DNA of 59,061 nucleotides from Candidatus Saccharimonadia bacterium. Lineage in GTDB: Bacteria; Patescibacteriota; Saccharimonadia; UBA4664. Shown piece by piece: positions 18,031 through 27,552 of the stretch; position 1 is the first letter of the stretch, and each line of letters begins with the position of its first letter. The DNA is taken from NCBI GenBank assembly GCA_038251135.1, contig JBBSBR010000002.1:1-59061 (forward strand), given 5' to 3'. A program made the position numbers and the translations under genes. The notes under the pieces were generated by a model. That model worked only from the letters and a program-made list of their open reading frames with translations. It made no database searches and had not been told where the DNA came from.

Positions 18031-18486
18031 CTAGACCTTGGCCCGCAGCCGCCGCAATTCCGCTTCAAAACTTGCTACGTCAGTGAAGCTCCGATACACG
18101 CTGGCAAAGCGCACGTAAGCCACTTCGTCGAGCTGCTCAAGCTTTAGCATCACCAGTTCGCCAATCTCAGCACTCGGTATCTCGCTCTCGCCGCGAGCGC
18201 GCAGATCGCGCTCGATCTGATTGATTATTTCCTCGGTTTCGCTAATCGCGATCGGCCGCTTCTCAACGGCCCGGTAGACGCCCGAAGCCACTTTGTTGCG
18301 GCTAAAGAGTTCCCGACGGCCATCTTTCTTAACGACGGCCAAGGTGGGCGTCTCCATGCGCTCGTAGGTCGTAAATCTGGCACCGCAGCGCAGACATTGC
18401 CGGCGCCGGCGGATCGAGGATGAGTCATCGAGGTCCCGCGATTCGATCACTTTCGAGTCGAGATACCCGCAGTCAAAACACTTCAC
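18031..18486 (-). CDS. nrdR: Transcriptional repressor NrdR
   Basis: 151 aa. Zn ribbon MKCFDCGY...CLRCGARFTTYE followed by an ATP-cone. GTG start. Confidence 0.93.
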   Translation of the reverse strand: MKCFDCGYLDSKVIESRDLDDSSSIRRRRQCLRCGARFTTYERMETPTLAVVKKDGRRELFSRNKVASGVYRAVEKRPIAISETEEIINQIERDLRARGESEIPSAEIGELVMLKLEQLDEVAYVRFASVYRSFTDVASFEAELRRLRAKV

Positions 18487-18535
18487 AAATAACTAACTTT
18501 CTACGTTTACTCCATATGTAGCGTACGTAAGAACT

Positions 18536-18566
18536 ATTATAACGCTAGTGGTCCGTAAACCGTCAA
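18536..18566 (-). promoter_or_regulatory. Candidate nrdR promoter (TTGACG-19-TATAAT)
   Basis: On the minus strand, TTGACG is at 18566..18561 and TATAAT at 18541..18536. The 19-nt spacer is long, so confidence is low. Confidence 0.3.
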
Positions 18567-18695
18567 TGATACGAATTAATGACTTTGGGTAGGCGTTAGT
18601 AACGTCTAACTGCGTACCGCTACGGATGTTATCCACAGTTTGGCAAGACATATAGCGTAACGATTATTGCGATGCAACACCATATAAATGATAAG

Positions 18696-18726
18696 GTCCC
18701 GCCTTGCGCAGAGCGCAAAGCGGGAC
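18696..18726 (-). terminator. Intrinsic terminator of the ParB-like gene
   Basis: GTCCCGCCTTGCGC-AGA-GCGCAAAGCGGGAC, a 14-bp stem with one mismatch. On the minus strand it is followed by a U-rich CUUAUCAUUUAU. Confidence 0.6.
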
Positions 18727-18739
18727 GATGACGAACAAT

Positions 18740-19855
18740 CTAACGGGATGGGATCAACCTGCGCAAATCATCGCCGATGGCGAGCGATCGTTTGACCGCC
18801 GGACTGCTACCCACATCGACGTCTGGTAGAATCCCGTTTTCGATCGCCCGCTGGACCGACTGGAGTGAGCGCACATCGGCAGCTGCGGCATCGGCGGCCG
18901 CCTTGTGTACTGTGCGAACCAATTTTTCGTTCAAACCGTAGTTTGCCAGCTCGTCACCGAACAGCGATACGGCCTCGGGATCGATGCGGTCTTTGATAAC
19001 GGCCGCGATATAGGTACGCACATCGGCCGACCTCTTCTGTTCCGACACGATCACCTTCATGTGGCGTCGAATGTCTTCGTCGCTAAACCCGGCCGCCTGC
19101 AGGCGGCTAAGTTCAATCGCGGATGTGAACGAAATGGCCTTCTTCTTCGTCGCGGTCACAACCTCTGCCGGCAGTTCGCAGAAAGCCAATGCGCTGCGGA
19201 CGAACGCCGGCCGCTGGTTGATCGATCGGCCAAAAGCCGCCATCGTGAGCTTCGGCTCTAACCGCTTGGCGATCGTCCAGCGCCGCCGCAAGCGGTCGGC
19301 GATCACATCGATCGTCAATGGCTCGGCCGTGTTCTCAGTCAACTGCATGTCGAGCGCCGCCCGCGGATCCGGATCCACAACGATCCGTACCTCCATGCCG
19401 TCCGGCGAGAGATTTACGTGGCGCTCGATGCAATTTCGAGCATGATCCTGGCTGTCGGACTCTTGGCAGTCCGAACATCCCCGTTCAAAGAGAATCAGGT
19501 TGGCAAGCGTTCGTCGATGGCCGAATATCACGACGTAGAAGTAGCCGGTCTCCAGATCGGAGACGAGTTCGGCGGCCTGCGTCTGACTGCCCAGAGCCAG
19601 GTTGAAGTACGACACGTAGGCATCAGCCTTGGCGCGGGTCGTGAGCGCTGCGATAAGCGGCAGCTGCAACATGCCGAGCGAAGCGATGCTGTCGGCCAGC
19701 CCGATGATCGTTTCCTGGTCGTAGGTCTTGCGGACCTGGTCGATGATGTTGACGACACCGGGATGAAGCTGCGATGCGTAAATACGTGAGTAGGGCTTGT
19801 CTGCCGGACGCTCCGATGCCGGAGCGGGCGCAACACGAACGTTTCGCGGTGCCAT
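18740..19855 (-). CDS. Divergent ParB/Srx-fold (ParB-like) protein with a Cys-rich insertion
   Basis: ORF 18740..19864. I prefer ATG 19855, which has GGAG 8 nt upstream. ParB box-like YFYVVIFGHRRTLA (compare GERRxRA), an HTH-like LTMAAFGRSINQRPAFVRSALAFCELPAEVV, and an insertion ERGCSDCQESDSQDHARNCIERH between them. Confidence 0.6.
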   Translation of the reverse strand: MAPRNVRVAPAPASERPADKPYSRIYASQLHPGVVNIIDQVRKTYDQETIIGLADSIASLGMLQLPLIAALTTRAKADAYVSYFNLALGSQTQAAELVSDLETGYFYVVIFGHRRTLANLILFERGCSDCQESDSQDHARNCIERHVNLSPDGMEVRIVVDPDPRAALDMQLTENTAEPLTIDVIADRLRRRWTIAKRLEPKLTMAAFGRSINQRPAFVRSALAFCELPAEVVTATKKKAISFTSAIELSRLQAAGFSDEDIRRHMKVIVSEQKRSADVRTYIAAVIKDRIDPEAVSLFGDELANYGLNEKLVRTVHKAAADAAAADVRSLQSVQRAIENGILPDVDVGSSPAVKRSLAIGDDLRRLIPSR

Positions 19856-19987
19856 TACATCCACTCCGTTCCGAAGTAATCGAGCTTGGATATCAAGTTA
19901 CGCCGAGCTACCCCAAACAGCACTGAGATACTCTAACTATAACGGTAGGCTTGCAGTGAGCGTCAAGGAAATTTTAGTGATTAAACC

Positions 19988-20016
19988 AAAAACCGACCCA
20001 TTTCGGGTCGGTTTTT
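19988..20016 (-). terminator. Intrinsic terminator of ftsZ
   Basis: AAAAACCGACCC-ATTTC-GGGTCGGTTTTT, with A/T runs on both sides. Confidence 0.8.
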
Positions 20017-20031
20017 CAGGGAATGCGCTGA

Positions 20032-21456
20032 CTATTCGACTTTGCGGCGGATGAATGCCGGTACGTCGAGATCGTCGTCCAGACCCAAGTCAGCCAATGG
20101 CTGTCGGCTGAATGCCTCGGCGGCTACCTCATCCTTACTTGCCTTGGAACTCAGTAAATCTTGGGAGTCATCATGCCTGACGCGCGCGGACTTTGCTCCG
20201 TGTCTGTCGTGATCGGGCTGCTCCTCTAAGTCGTTGTCCTCCGGCTCTATCGAAGCCAAGGGCGCAAACCGCCTGGGGGGCGCAACGACCTCCGGCTCAG
20301 CCGTCGGCAACGGAAGCACTTCCGGTTCGACCGCCGTCTGCGGGCGCTCATTAATGAACGGCTGACGCGGGTTGGGCATTACCGGCTGGCTAAAGACGGG
20401 CTCAAGCTCCACAACCTCCTCCACTTCAACAACCTCCGGCTCGTGGTGTATGACGCGGGGAGCGGTACGAACCTCACGCACCCGATCGACGGATTCGCGG
20501 GGAGAGTTATCGAACCCGGTCGCGACCACCGTAATCTGCAGGTCGTCCTCAAGCGAATCGTCGAGCACGGCGCCAAAAATAATATTGGCCTCAGGATCGA
20601 CAGCATCGGTAACGGTCTTGGCAGCCTCGTCGATCTCATGCATGGTCATGTTTCGACCGCCGGTAATGTTGAAGAGTACGCCGCGCGCTCCTTCGATCGA
20701 AGTCTCAAGCAACGGCGAGTCGATCGCCTGACGAGCGGCCTCGACGGCACGGTTATCACCTCGAGCGCGGCCGATGCCCATAAGCGCCGAACCGGCATTG
20801 CTCATGATCGCCTTAACATCGGCAAAATCGAGGTTGATGAGTCCGTGAATCGTAATCAGGTTCGAGATTCCCTGCACGCCCTGCTGCAATACTTCGTCGA
20901 CGATACCGAAAGCATCAACGAGCGAAGTCTTGCGATCGATCATCTGAAGCAATCGATCGTTAGGGATGGTAATCAAGGTGTCGACATTATCTTTCAACTC
21001 CAAAATACCGGATTCAGCCGAACGGCGCCGACGCTCGCCTTCGAACGTAAACGGCTTCGTCACAATGGCTACCACCAGTGCTCCAGCCTCTCTGGCTGCG
21101 GAAGCCACGAGCGGAGCAGCCCCGGTACCGGTCCCACCGCCCTCGCCGAGCGTAATGAAGACCATATCGGCCCCTTTGACCGCTTCATAGACTTCCTTCT
21201 CGCTCTCTTCGGCCGCCTTACGACCAACCTCCGGATCGGCTCCGGCGCCGAGTCCGCGGGTAGTCTCGCGCCCGATGTGAATCTTGTGTCCGGCTTTTGC
21301 GTGAACCAATGCCTGAGCATCCGTATTGATAACGAGAAACTCGACACCGGGCATATTGGCTTCGATCATGCGATTGATCGCCGATCCACCGCCGCCCCCG
21401 ATTCCTATAACTTTGATCCGAGCTGACGTATCAACCTCGGGTAGAATTTCGGCCAT
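20032..21456 (-). CDS. ftsZ: Cell division GTPase FtsZ
   Basis: 474 aa. Tubulin signature [10 protein letters not shown] and a long acidic/Pro-rich C-terminal linker ending in [12 protein letters not shown]. Confidence 0.97.
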   Translation of the reverse strand: MAEILPEVDTSARIKVIGIGGGGGSAINRMIEANMPGVEFLVINTDAQALVHAKAGHKIHIGRETTRGLGAGADPEVGRKAAEESEKEVYEAVKGADMVFITLGEGGGTGTGAAPLVASAAREAGALVVAIVTKPFTFEGERRRRSAESGILELKDNVDTLITIPNDRLLQMIDRKTSLVDAFGIVDEVLQQGVQGISNLITIHGLINLDFADVKAIMSNAGSALMGIGRARGDNRAVEAARQAIDSPLLETSIEGARGVLFNITGGRNMTMHEIDEAAKTVTDAVDPEANIIFGAVLDDSLEDDLQITVVATGFDNSPRESVDRVREVRTAPRVIHHEPEVVEVEEVVELEPVFSQPVMPNPRQPFINERPQTAVEPEVLPLPTAEPEVVAPPRRFAPLASIEPEDNDLEEQPDHDRHGAKSARVRHDDSQDLLSSKASKDEVAAEAFSRQPLADLGLDDDLDVPAFIRRKVE

Positions 21457-21715
21457 AAATGTTTAACTCCTTACCACCAAGACCCGTAAGGCTAATGCCT
21501 AGGGGTATAGTCAGCAGTCTAACACCTTTGCGAAATACAATGCAAATAATGTATTCAGGCTTTTTTAGGTAATATTTTGCACTAATTATGTATACGATAT
21601 TGATGTTTTATCCCTTACATCAAGCATATCTATTTAGTACTCAAGTGGATCAATATTTGATACGTCAAAATCACTGCATAAAAGTTTTCCACAGATAGCT
21701 GATATTTCCACCAAA

Positions 21716-21739
21716 AAAGCCTCGCCAAGGCGAGGCTTT
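21716..21739 (-). terminator. Intrinsic terminator of ftsA
   Basis: AAAGCCTCGCC-AA-GGCGAGGCTTT. On the minus strand it is followed by UUUUUUGG. It separates ftsA from ftsZ, ahead of a roughly 300-bp low-GC spacer. Confidence 0.75.
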
Positions 21740-21760
21740 ATCAATCTTATGCGTAGATAC

Positions 21761-22987
21761 TTAAGGCAGAAAACTCTTAATCATGTCTTTCAGCTTGTCG
21801 CCAATTCCCTGCCCGTTGACCGGTGCAATGCGGGCGTGACTCATATTTTCGAGCATCAAACCGACGGGAGCCGCGAAGGCAGGATCGGCAATGCGGTCCA
21901 CAATCCCGCTAAAGCCTTCGGGTTGACCGATAACCACGGGGAGATCCAACAGCTCTTTGGCCAGATCTTCGATACCGGCCATCTTGGCGCCGCCGCCCGT
22001 CAGAACAATGCCGGCCGGCAACAGATGATCCTTGCCTACCTTCTTGAGCTCGGCTCGCACGAGTGCGAATATCTCTTCTAGCCGGGCGTCCACAATCCCC
22101 TGCAGCTCGCGCCGCGTGACGAGGTTATCTTCGTCTTCAAGTTCCTCAATGCGTATTTTCTCGTGCGGGTTAGCCTTCGAGTGATTGGCCTTCACGTACT
22201 TGAGCTTAATCTTCTCGGCAGTATCGATGTCGGTCTTGAGGCCGATCGCCAAGTCGTTGGTGATGTGGCCGGCTCCCACGGGCAAAACGCTCGAGTAGAG
22301 CACGTCGCCCTCCTCAAATACGGCGATGCCGGTCGTGCCGCCGCCGATATCGACCAGGGCGACGCCGAGTTCTTTCTGGCGCTTCGTCAGGACCGCCCGG
22401 GCGGCCGCCAGCGGCACCAGTACCTGACCCTGAATCGTAATGCCGACTTGGTAGATGCTGCGGTCGAGATTCTTAATGGCCGGTGTCGCACCGGTAACGA
22501 TGTGGGATTCTACCTCGAGGCGGACGCCCTGCATCCCGACCGGATCCTTAATGTTGGTCTGGCCGTCCACGGTATACGATCGCGGAAAGACCTGAATAAT
22601 TTCACGGTTGAGGGGCAGTTGAATGGCCGTAGCGGCTACCTGGGCACGCTCAAGGTCTTCCACGGTGATCTCCTGATCGGCCCGTCCGATGGCAATCACG
22701 CCCTTTGAGTTGAGACTCGAGACATGAGCGCCGTCGATCGAGATGGTAGCGCGATCGATAGCCACGCCGGAAATGCGTTCGGCTTCCTCCACCGCCGCCG
22801 TAATGGCCGACACCGTCTCGTCGACATCCACCACGACGCCCTTACGCATACCGCTGGTAGGCGCCACGCCCACGCCGATGACGCTGGGCTGAGCGGTACC
22901 TTCCTCGCGCAAGCCGACGATGCAGGTTACGTTCGTGGAGCCTACATCTAGGCCAATGTATATCTCTTCGGTTGGTTTAGACGCCAC
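21761..22987 (-). CDS. ftsA: Cell division protein FtsA
   Basis: 408 aa, actin-like ATPase motifs IGLDVGS and VDIGGGTT. GTG start. Confidence 0.93.
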   Translation of the reverse strand: MASKPTEEIYIGLDVGSTNVTCIVGLREEGTAQPSVIGVGVAPTSGMRKGVVVDVDETVSAITAAVEEAERISGVAIDRATISIDGAHVSSLNSKGVIAIGRADQEITVEDLERAQVAATAIQLPLNREIIQVFPRSYTVDGQTNIKDPVGMQGVRLEVESHIVTGATPAIKNLDRSIYQVGITIQGQVLVPLAAARAVLTKRQKELGVALVDIGGGTTGIAVFEEGDVLYSSVLPVGAGHITNDLAIGLKTDIDTAEKIKLKYVKANHSKANPHEKIRIEELEDEDNLVTRRELQGIVDARLEEIFALVRAELKKVGKDHLLPAGIVLTGGGAKMAGIEDLAKELLDLPVVIGQPEGFSGIVDRIADPAFAAPVGLMLENMSHARIAPVNGQGIGDKLKDMIKSFLP

Positions 22988-23135
22988 TTAGGATGTACTC
23001 CGCTTTCTATCTATTGCGACTATTATAGTGCTTAGGCCGGCTATTGCGCAAACGCTGTATGCACTTAGTATACCGCCGTTGGCTGCAATAGGAAATGGTT
23101 CACCATGAACACATTTTGTATGCACATTTGCCTGC

Positions 23136-23882
23136 CTACTTAGTTAGAATCTCCGCCCCGTCGGGCAAGACCAGAACCGTATGCTCAAACTGAGCCGAAA
23201 GGCTGCCGTCCGCCGCCACGATCGTCCAGCCGTCATCGAGAATCTCAATATCAATGCCGCCCAGCGTCGCCATCGGTTCGATGGCGATCGTCATCCCTGC
23301 TTCGAGTTTCATACCGCGGCCCTTTGAACCGTAGTTTAAGATGAGCGGATCCTCGTGCAGCTCATGCCCGACACCGTGGCCGCTCAGGTCTTCTATGACC
23401 CCCAAATTATCCTTACGGAGTCTGAGCTCGACGGCGTTGCTGATATCGCCTATACGGGCGCCCGCGCGAACTTGCTTAATACCGTTGCTAAGCGCTCCGC
23501 AGGTTGCGGTCATCAGCTTTTCGGCGAGCGCATCAACGCGGCCGACGCCAACCGTAATTGCTCCGTCGGTAATCATCCCGTGATAATCCACACCGAAATC
23601 GAGCCCCACGATGTCGCCGTCGCGCAATACTCTTGATCCGGGAATACCGTGTACCACTTCGTCGTTGACGGAGATACAAATTACACCGGGAAAGCCCTGA
23701 TAGCCCAAGAAGGCCGGCTTGCCTCCAAGACGTTTAAGCTCTGCTGCGGCCAGACGGTCCAAGTCGCCGGTCGTAATACCGTCAACCGATAAAGGCTTAA
23801 GGTACTTTAAGACGGATGCGAGCATCGCCCCGCTGATACGGATATCTGCAATCTCCTGAGGGTTTTTAACCTGATTTTTCAT
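23136..23882 (-). CDS. map: Type I methionine aminopeptidase
   Basis: 248 aa. Metal-ligand context DIVGLDFG, GHGVGHELHE, IAIEP and EHTV. Confidence 0.93.
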   Translation of the reverse strand: MKNQVKNPQEIADIRISGAMLASVLKYLKPLSVDGITTGDLDRLAAAELKRLGGKPAFLGYQGFPGVICISVNDEVVHGIPGSRVLRDGDIVGLDFGVDYHGMITDGAITVGVGRVDALAEKLMTATCGALSNGIKQVRAGARIGDISNAVELRLRKDNLGVIEDLSGHGVGHELHEDPLILNYGSKGRGMKLEAGMTIAIEPMATLGGIDIEILDDGWTIVAADGSLSAQFEHTVLVLPDGAEILTK

Positions 23883-24412
23883 ATATTGAACACTTTCGTT
23901 ATTCGTGAATAAACTTCTTCTTCAGTCCCGTCGCCGTCTATGCGGCTCAGAATGCCCCGGCGTTCATAAAAATCCAATACCGGCTTGGTTTCATCATTAT
24001 ACGCTCTCCACTTCTCGGCCAGGGCTTCAGGCGTATCGTCGGCGCGGCCGCGCAGCATGAGGCGGGATCCGCTGATGTCCGGCGTCACCTCCAAAACGAT
24101 TACCAGGCTGACCGTTCGCTTCCACTCAGGCAGGCGGCTCTCGAGCCACTCGGCCTCATCCAACATCCGAGGAAAACCGTCGAGCACGATTGTCCGGTTT
24201 GCAACGACATTATGAACCGCCTTCTCCAATACCCGCTCAACGTCCGCCGAGGGTGAAAGAACCCCGGATGCAAGCTGCGGAGCCATCTGCGCATTGAGAC
24301 GCAACAGTTCACCGCTCGACAAATGCTCCCAACCTAAGGCAGCTGCCAAGCGCTTGCCCTGAACGGTTTTGCCCGCGCCGGTCGGGCCCATGAGGATGAC
24401 TATATTTTCCAT
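23879..24412 (-). CDS. adk: Adenylate kinase (short, lid-less form)
   Basis: 177 aa. P-loop GPTGAGKT, LDGFPRMLDEA, and RGRADDTPEAL. ATGA overlap with map. Confidence 0.8.
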   Translation of the reverse strand: MENIVILMGPTGAGKTVQGKRLAAALGWEHLSSGELLRLNAQMAPQLASGVLSPSADVERVLEKAVHNVVANRTIVLDGFPRMLDEAEWLESRLPEWKRTVSLVIVLEVTPDISGSRLMLRGRADDTPEALAEKWRAYNDETKPVLDFYERRGILSRIDGDGTEEEVYSRITKVFNI

Positions 24413-24765
24413 ACCAGCCTCAGCGCGTAGGGAGCAAAGATCACAAATCCGATTGTCACAGCGGCTACCGCGGTCACCAGCACCGCTCCGGCCGACATGT
24501 CTTTGATGAGTTTAATCTGCGGGTTGTGGTTCATGTCGATCAAATCCAAGGTTTTCTCGATGGCGGTATTGATGATCTCGGCCAAAAAAACCAAAATAAT
24601 CGCAAAAAATATCGCCGCCAGCTCCGTATCCGATATCCTCAGGTAAACTCCCAGACAGAACGCGACCAAAGCCGCAATCAGATGGATTCGGGCGTTTTGC
24701 TCAAATTCAAAAACGTACAGGATCCCGCGAAAGGCATGCCCAAGTCCGCTAATTACTCTTGCCAT
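24400..24765 (-). CDS. dgkA: Diacylglycerol/undecaprenol kinase (DgkA family)
   Basis: 121 aa with 3 TM. EIINTAIEKTLDLI motif. Confidence 0.85.
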   Translation of the reverse strand: MARVISGLGHAFRGILYVFEFEQNARIHLIAALVAFCLGVYLRISDTELAAIFFAIILVFLAEIINTAIEKTLDLIDMNHNPQIKLIKDMSAGAVLVTAVAAVTIGFVIFAPYALRLVWKI

Positions 24766-25226
24766 TCAAACTCCCGATAGGTTAATTTTGCTTCGCTCAT
24801 AATGGCCCGCTGGAGGTTCTGTAGCTCATTCTGCTCCGCTTGGGTCTGATGGTCCAGCCCAACGATATGCAGTATGCCGTGCAACGTAAGTAGCGCCAAC
24901 TCTTCACCGAGGCTCATCCGGGCCGTCTCGGCTTGGCGCGCGGCCGTTTCCAGGCTGACTACCATTTCGCCGATCACGCCTTCAATCGGACCGCCCGATT
25001 CCAGGTAACTGAACGATAGCACGTCGGTGGCATAATCGTTCCCGCTATAGTCACGATTTAGTTCACGCATCGTTTCGTCGTCGACCAGCGCCAGATTAAC
25101 CTCTCCGTCCGGCAGACCCAACTCGTCGGTGCGGCCGACGAGCACCGCCATCATGCGTTCAAGCGGCACCAAATCGAGCTGCGCCGGAATGTCGCCGACA
25201 AGCTGAAGATCAAGCGAGTTCGCCAT
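24753..25226 (-). CDS. ybeY: rRNA maturation endoribonuclease YbeY
   Basis: 157 aa. HGILHIVGLDH zinc motif. Confidence 0.92.
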   Translation of the reverse strand: MANSLDLQLVGDIPAQLDLVPLERMMAVLVGRTDELGLPDGEVNLALVDDETMRELNRDYSGNDYATDVLSFSYLESGGPIEGVIGEMVVSLETAARQAETARMSLGEELALLTLHGILHIVGLDHQTQAEQNELQNLQRAIMSEAKLTYREFEWQE

Positions 25227-25673
25227 CTAGCCGACCAGCTTTGATCGTACCATAGCCGAAACCGTACCGCCCTCGGCAGCCGCACCGACCTGCTGCATAA
25301 CTGCGCCTATAACGACTCCCAACTGTTTGGCATCGGTGGCGCCCAGGCGTGCGATTACACTGTCCACCACCTGCTCAAGCTCCTCGGCCGTGAGCGCTCG
25401 AGGCAAGTAGCTTTGAATAATTTCCAGCTCGGCCTGTTCATGGGCTGCCAGTTCCGGGCGGTTGGCGCCGTTGAACTGGTCTATCGAGTCGCGGCGCTGC
25501 TTGGCCTCGCGTTGCAACACCTTAAGCACCTCGGCGTCCTCGAGCGGATGTCCGGTCTTTATCTCTTCGTTCTTAATCGCGCTGCGCAACAATCTAAGCG
25601 TGCCCGTCGTGTCGCCGGTACCGGCAATCATGCTCGCCTTCATATCGCTCATTAACTTATCCGAAATAGTCAC
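25227..25673 (-). CDS. GatB/YqeY-domain protein
   Basis: 148 aa. Typical YqeY N-terminus (MSDMKASM...LRLLRSAIKNEEI) and its usual position between rpsU and ybeY. Confidence 0.85.
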   Translation of the reverse strand: MTISDKLMSDMKASMIAGTGDTTGTLRLLRSAIKNEEIKTGHPLEDAEVLKVLQREAKQRRDSIDQFNGANRPELAAHEQAELEIIQSYLPRALTAEELEQVVDSVIARLGATDAKQLGVVIGAVMQQVGAAAEGGTVSAMVRSKLVG

Positions 25674-25716
25674 TTGTGTTCCTTCTCTCTGTACTCAATC
25701 TTACACCAATCTGACC

Positions 25717-25745
25717 AAAAACCGGCTCCCCATATGGAGAACCGG
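25717..25745 (-). terminator. Intrinsic terminator of rpsU
   Basis: Minus strand CCGGUUCUCC-AUAU-GGGGAGCCGG (10 bp, including 2 G-U pairs) followed by UUUUU. Confidence 0.6.
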
Positions 25746-25769
25746 CTTTGCATGAGGCTGAATGTCGGC

Positions 25770-25979
25770 TTAGTGGCCCAGATACGCCTTGGTCTTGGCG
25801 GCCTTGCGGTCTGCCTTGCGGATAGCAATTTCGCGCTGAGCACGCTTAGTCAGTGGCTTCTCGAAGTACTTGTTGCGACGGGCAATACCCAATACGCCCG
25901 ACTGCTGAACTTTCTTGTTGAAGCGTCGGATCATATTTTCGATCGGCTCTTTGTCGTCTTTACGAGTAACTTGTAACAT
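25770..25979 (-). CDS. rpsU: 30S ribosomal protein S21
   Basis: ORF 25770..25988. I moved the start to ATG 25979, which is 5 nt after AAGGAGGTGA. MLQVTRKDDKEPIENMIRRFNKKVQQSG... Confidence 0.92.
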   Translation of the reverse strand: MLQVTRKDDKEPIENMIRRFNKKVQQSGVLGIARRNKYFEKPLTKRAQREIAIRKADRKAAKTKAYLGH

Positions 25980-26076
25980 TGAAATCACCTCCTTTCGAGT
26001 GGCGTTTGAGACATTATTTGCAAGTGGACAACTTGACCTAGATTACCAGATTTGGCCTTTTAAAGCAATGTCTGAA

Positions 26077-26385
26077 CTACACTTTATATCGCGAGTCACT
26101 CATGACATGAAAGTGAAGGTGATCGAGTTCGATTCCTTGAATTAGGATCTTATTCGCTTCTTTGAGTTCAAGTAATGCAATTACCTCGCGTACAGCCATT
26201 ATAAGCTCACCTGCGAGCTTCTCGTCATCAAGTGCGTCTATGTTCTTAATATGCTGCCTTGGTACCACCAATACGTGGACCGACGACTTGGGGTGGATGT
26301 CGTTGAAAGCCACGGCAATCTCATTCTCCCAGACCAGGTTGTCTCGGTCGCCGTTGGCAATCGCGCAAAATAAGCAATCGTTCAT
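26077..26385 (-). CDS. HIT-family nucleotide hydrolase (short)
   Basis: ORF 26077..26508. I moved the start to ATG 26385 (MNDCLFCAIANGD...). Histidine triad ELDHLHFHVM. Hand-counted GC is 40% at 26101..26160, against 58% at 26521..26580. Confidence 0.85.
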   Translation of the reverse strand: MNDCLFCAIANGDRDNLVWENEIAVAFNDIHPKSSVHVLVVPRQHIKNIDALDDEKLAGELIMAVREVIALLELKEANKILIQGIELDHLHFHVMSDSRYKV

Positions 26386-26391
26386 AATATT

Positions 26392-26400
26392 ATTATAGCA
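26392..26400 (-). promoter_or_regulatory. Extended -10 element (TGcTATAAT) 6 nt upstream of the HIT ATG; candidate leaderless promoter
   Basis: On the minus strand, TATAAT is at 26397..26392, preceded by TGc at 26400..26398. There is no SD between it and ATG 26385. Confidence 0.4.
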
Positions 26401-26471
26401 AAATGAAAACCGGCCCCGACCGCTCTCTCCAATTAAGGGGAAAACGGCCGAGACCGGCACGAAATTGGATC

Positions 26472-26942
26472 TCACTCCGAGTAGACCGCAAAGGCCGACG
26501 AGGACCACGGCTCAGAACGCACGTAGGTTCTCACCCGGTCGCACCCGATCTTGTCGACGATTTCGCGAAGCCTAGCGTCTTCGCGTCGTTCCGCATCACG
26601 CTCATCGCGGTGATCTTCGGAATCGATGTGCCAACAGGCCGGATCGATCTCATCGATGTCCAGGACTGCGTCGTAGACAGGCGCTGTGGGCATCTCCGCT
26701 GCCGTCGAGGGCATCTCAGCCTCCAGCGACAGCATTGCGGTGATCTGCTCGTGCATCTCGTGGCGACGATCGCGGACGGCCAACAGCAGGTGCTGCAACT
26801 CTCCCCGGCTGAGAAGGTCGAGTTTCTCTCCCAGCGGTACGAGATACTCTTCCGGAACGAGGTTTTTGACCTCCTGATAGATCATGGCGTACAGGATCCC
26901 GATTTCTGGAACGATGCGAGGCCTGATCATCTGATCGTTCAT
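26472..26942 (-). CDS. Hypothetical acidic protein (cassette ORF 4, 156 aa)
   Basis: In-frame part of ORF 26472..27131. ATG 26942 overlaps the TGA of the upstream ORF (ATGA). MNDQMIRPRIVPEIGILYAMIYQEV...; Asp/Glu/Arg-rich C-terminal half. Confidence 0.55.
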   Translation of the reverse strand: MNDQMIRPRIVPEIGILYAMIYQEVKNLVPEEYLVPLGEKLDLLSRGELQHLLLAVRDRRHEMHEQITAMLSLEAEMPSTAAEMPTAPVYDAVLDIDEIDPACWHIDSEDHRDERDAERREDARLREIVDKIGCDRVRTYVRSEPWSSSAFAVYSE

Positions 26943-27157
26943 GCCATCGCCCCCGTAAGATCGGATCCGGAAAGCGACCCTGAGAAGCGCTCCTGAACGG
27001 CGTCGATCGCATCGTGAAGCTGGTCGAGGGGCATCCCCGCGTAAACTCCGTCGGGCTGATCGGGACCGTTCAACTTGGCAAGCGCGCTCTGACGGTGCTT
27101 CGCGCAGCCCATCGGAGACTCGTTCGAGCATGCATCCTGATCGGTATCACACTTCAC
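26939..27157 (-). CDS. Hypothetical small protein (cassette ORF 3, 72 aa)
   Basis: GTG 27157 with a GAGG SD 7 nt upstream. The stop is coupled to the next ORF. Confidence 0.5.
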   Translation of the reverse strand: MKCDTDQDACSNESPMGCAKHRQSALAKLNGPDQPDGVYAGMPLDQLHDAIDAVQERFSGSLSGSDLTGAMA

Positions 27158-27223
27158 CAGCAGACCTCTTCCTTGAGGGATTGGAAAGCCTTACCGTGTC
27201 ATGCGAGGATACTCGCCGAGATG

Positions 27224-27502
27224 TCAGTCTCGGTTCAAAGGGTCGACGGTTTCGCTGGACGGTGCGATTCTGGTGTCGAGCGGCTTCACCGTGATGTCGA
27301 GAGACATCCAGCGCTCCACGCGCGCCTCCTGCACTTCAGCCGAAGAGGCGATGAACGCATCCCGCCCGGGCTGAGGCAGCATGTCGAACTGCTTCTCGGC
27401 GAGAAGTTTACCCGCCACACTTGGCGGATACCGGTTCGATGCGGAGGTTCCTGAGTCGTCTGTGTCCCGAGGGGCATCGACGGTTGCTCGAGCGTGAGCC
27501 AC
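27224..27502 (-). CDS. Hypothetical small protein (cassette ORF 2, 92 aa; start uncertain)
   Basis: GTG 27502 has only a weak SD. The frame is open and co-directional with its neighbours. The overlapping + strand ORF looks like an Arg-rich shadow. Confidence 0.35.
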   Translation of the reverse strand: MAHARATVDAPRDTDDSGTSASNRYPPSVAGKLLAEKQFDMLPQPGRDAFIASSAEVQEARVERWMSLDITVKPLDTRIAPSSETVDPLNRD

Positions 27503-27552
27503 GGTAATCTCGATTCTCTAGAGGGGCGATGAGTTAACGATCAGCGAGCCGA

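Noticed and set aside
26386-26508. N-terminal extension of the HIT ORF, overlapping the end of cassette ORF 4.
   Set aside because: The extension has no HIT similarity. The conserved HIT N-terminus (MNDCLFCAI...) starts at ATG 26385, directly after a -10 element.
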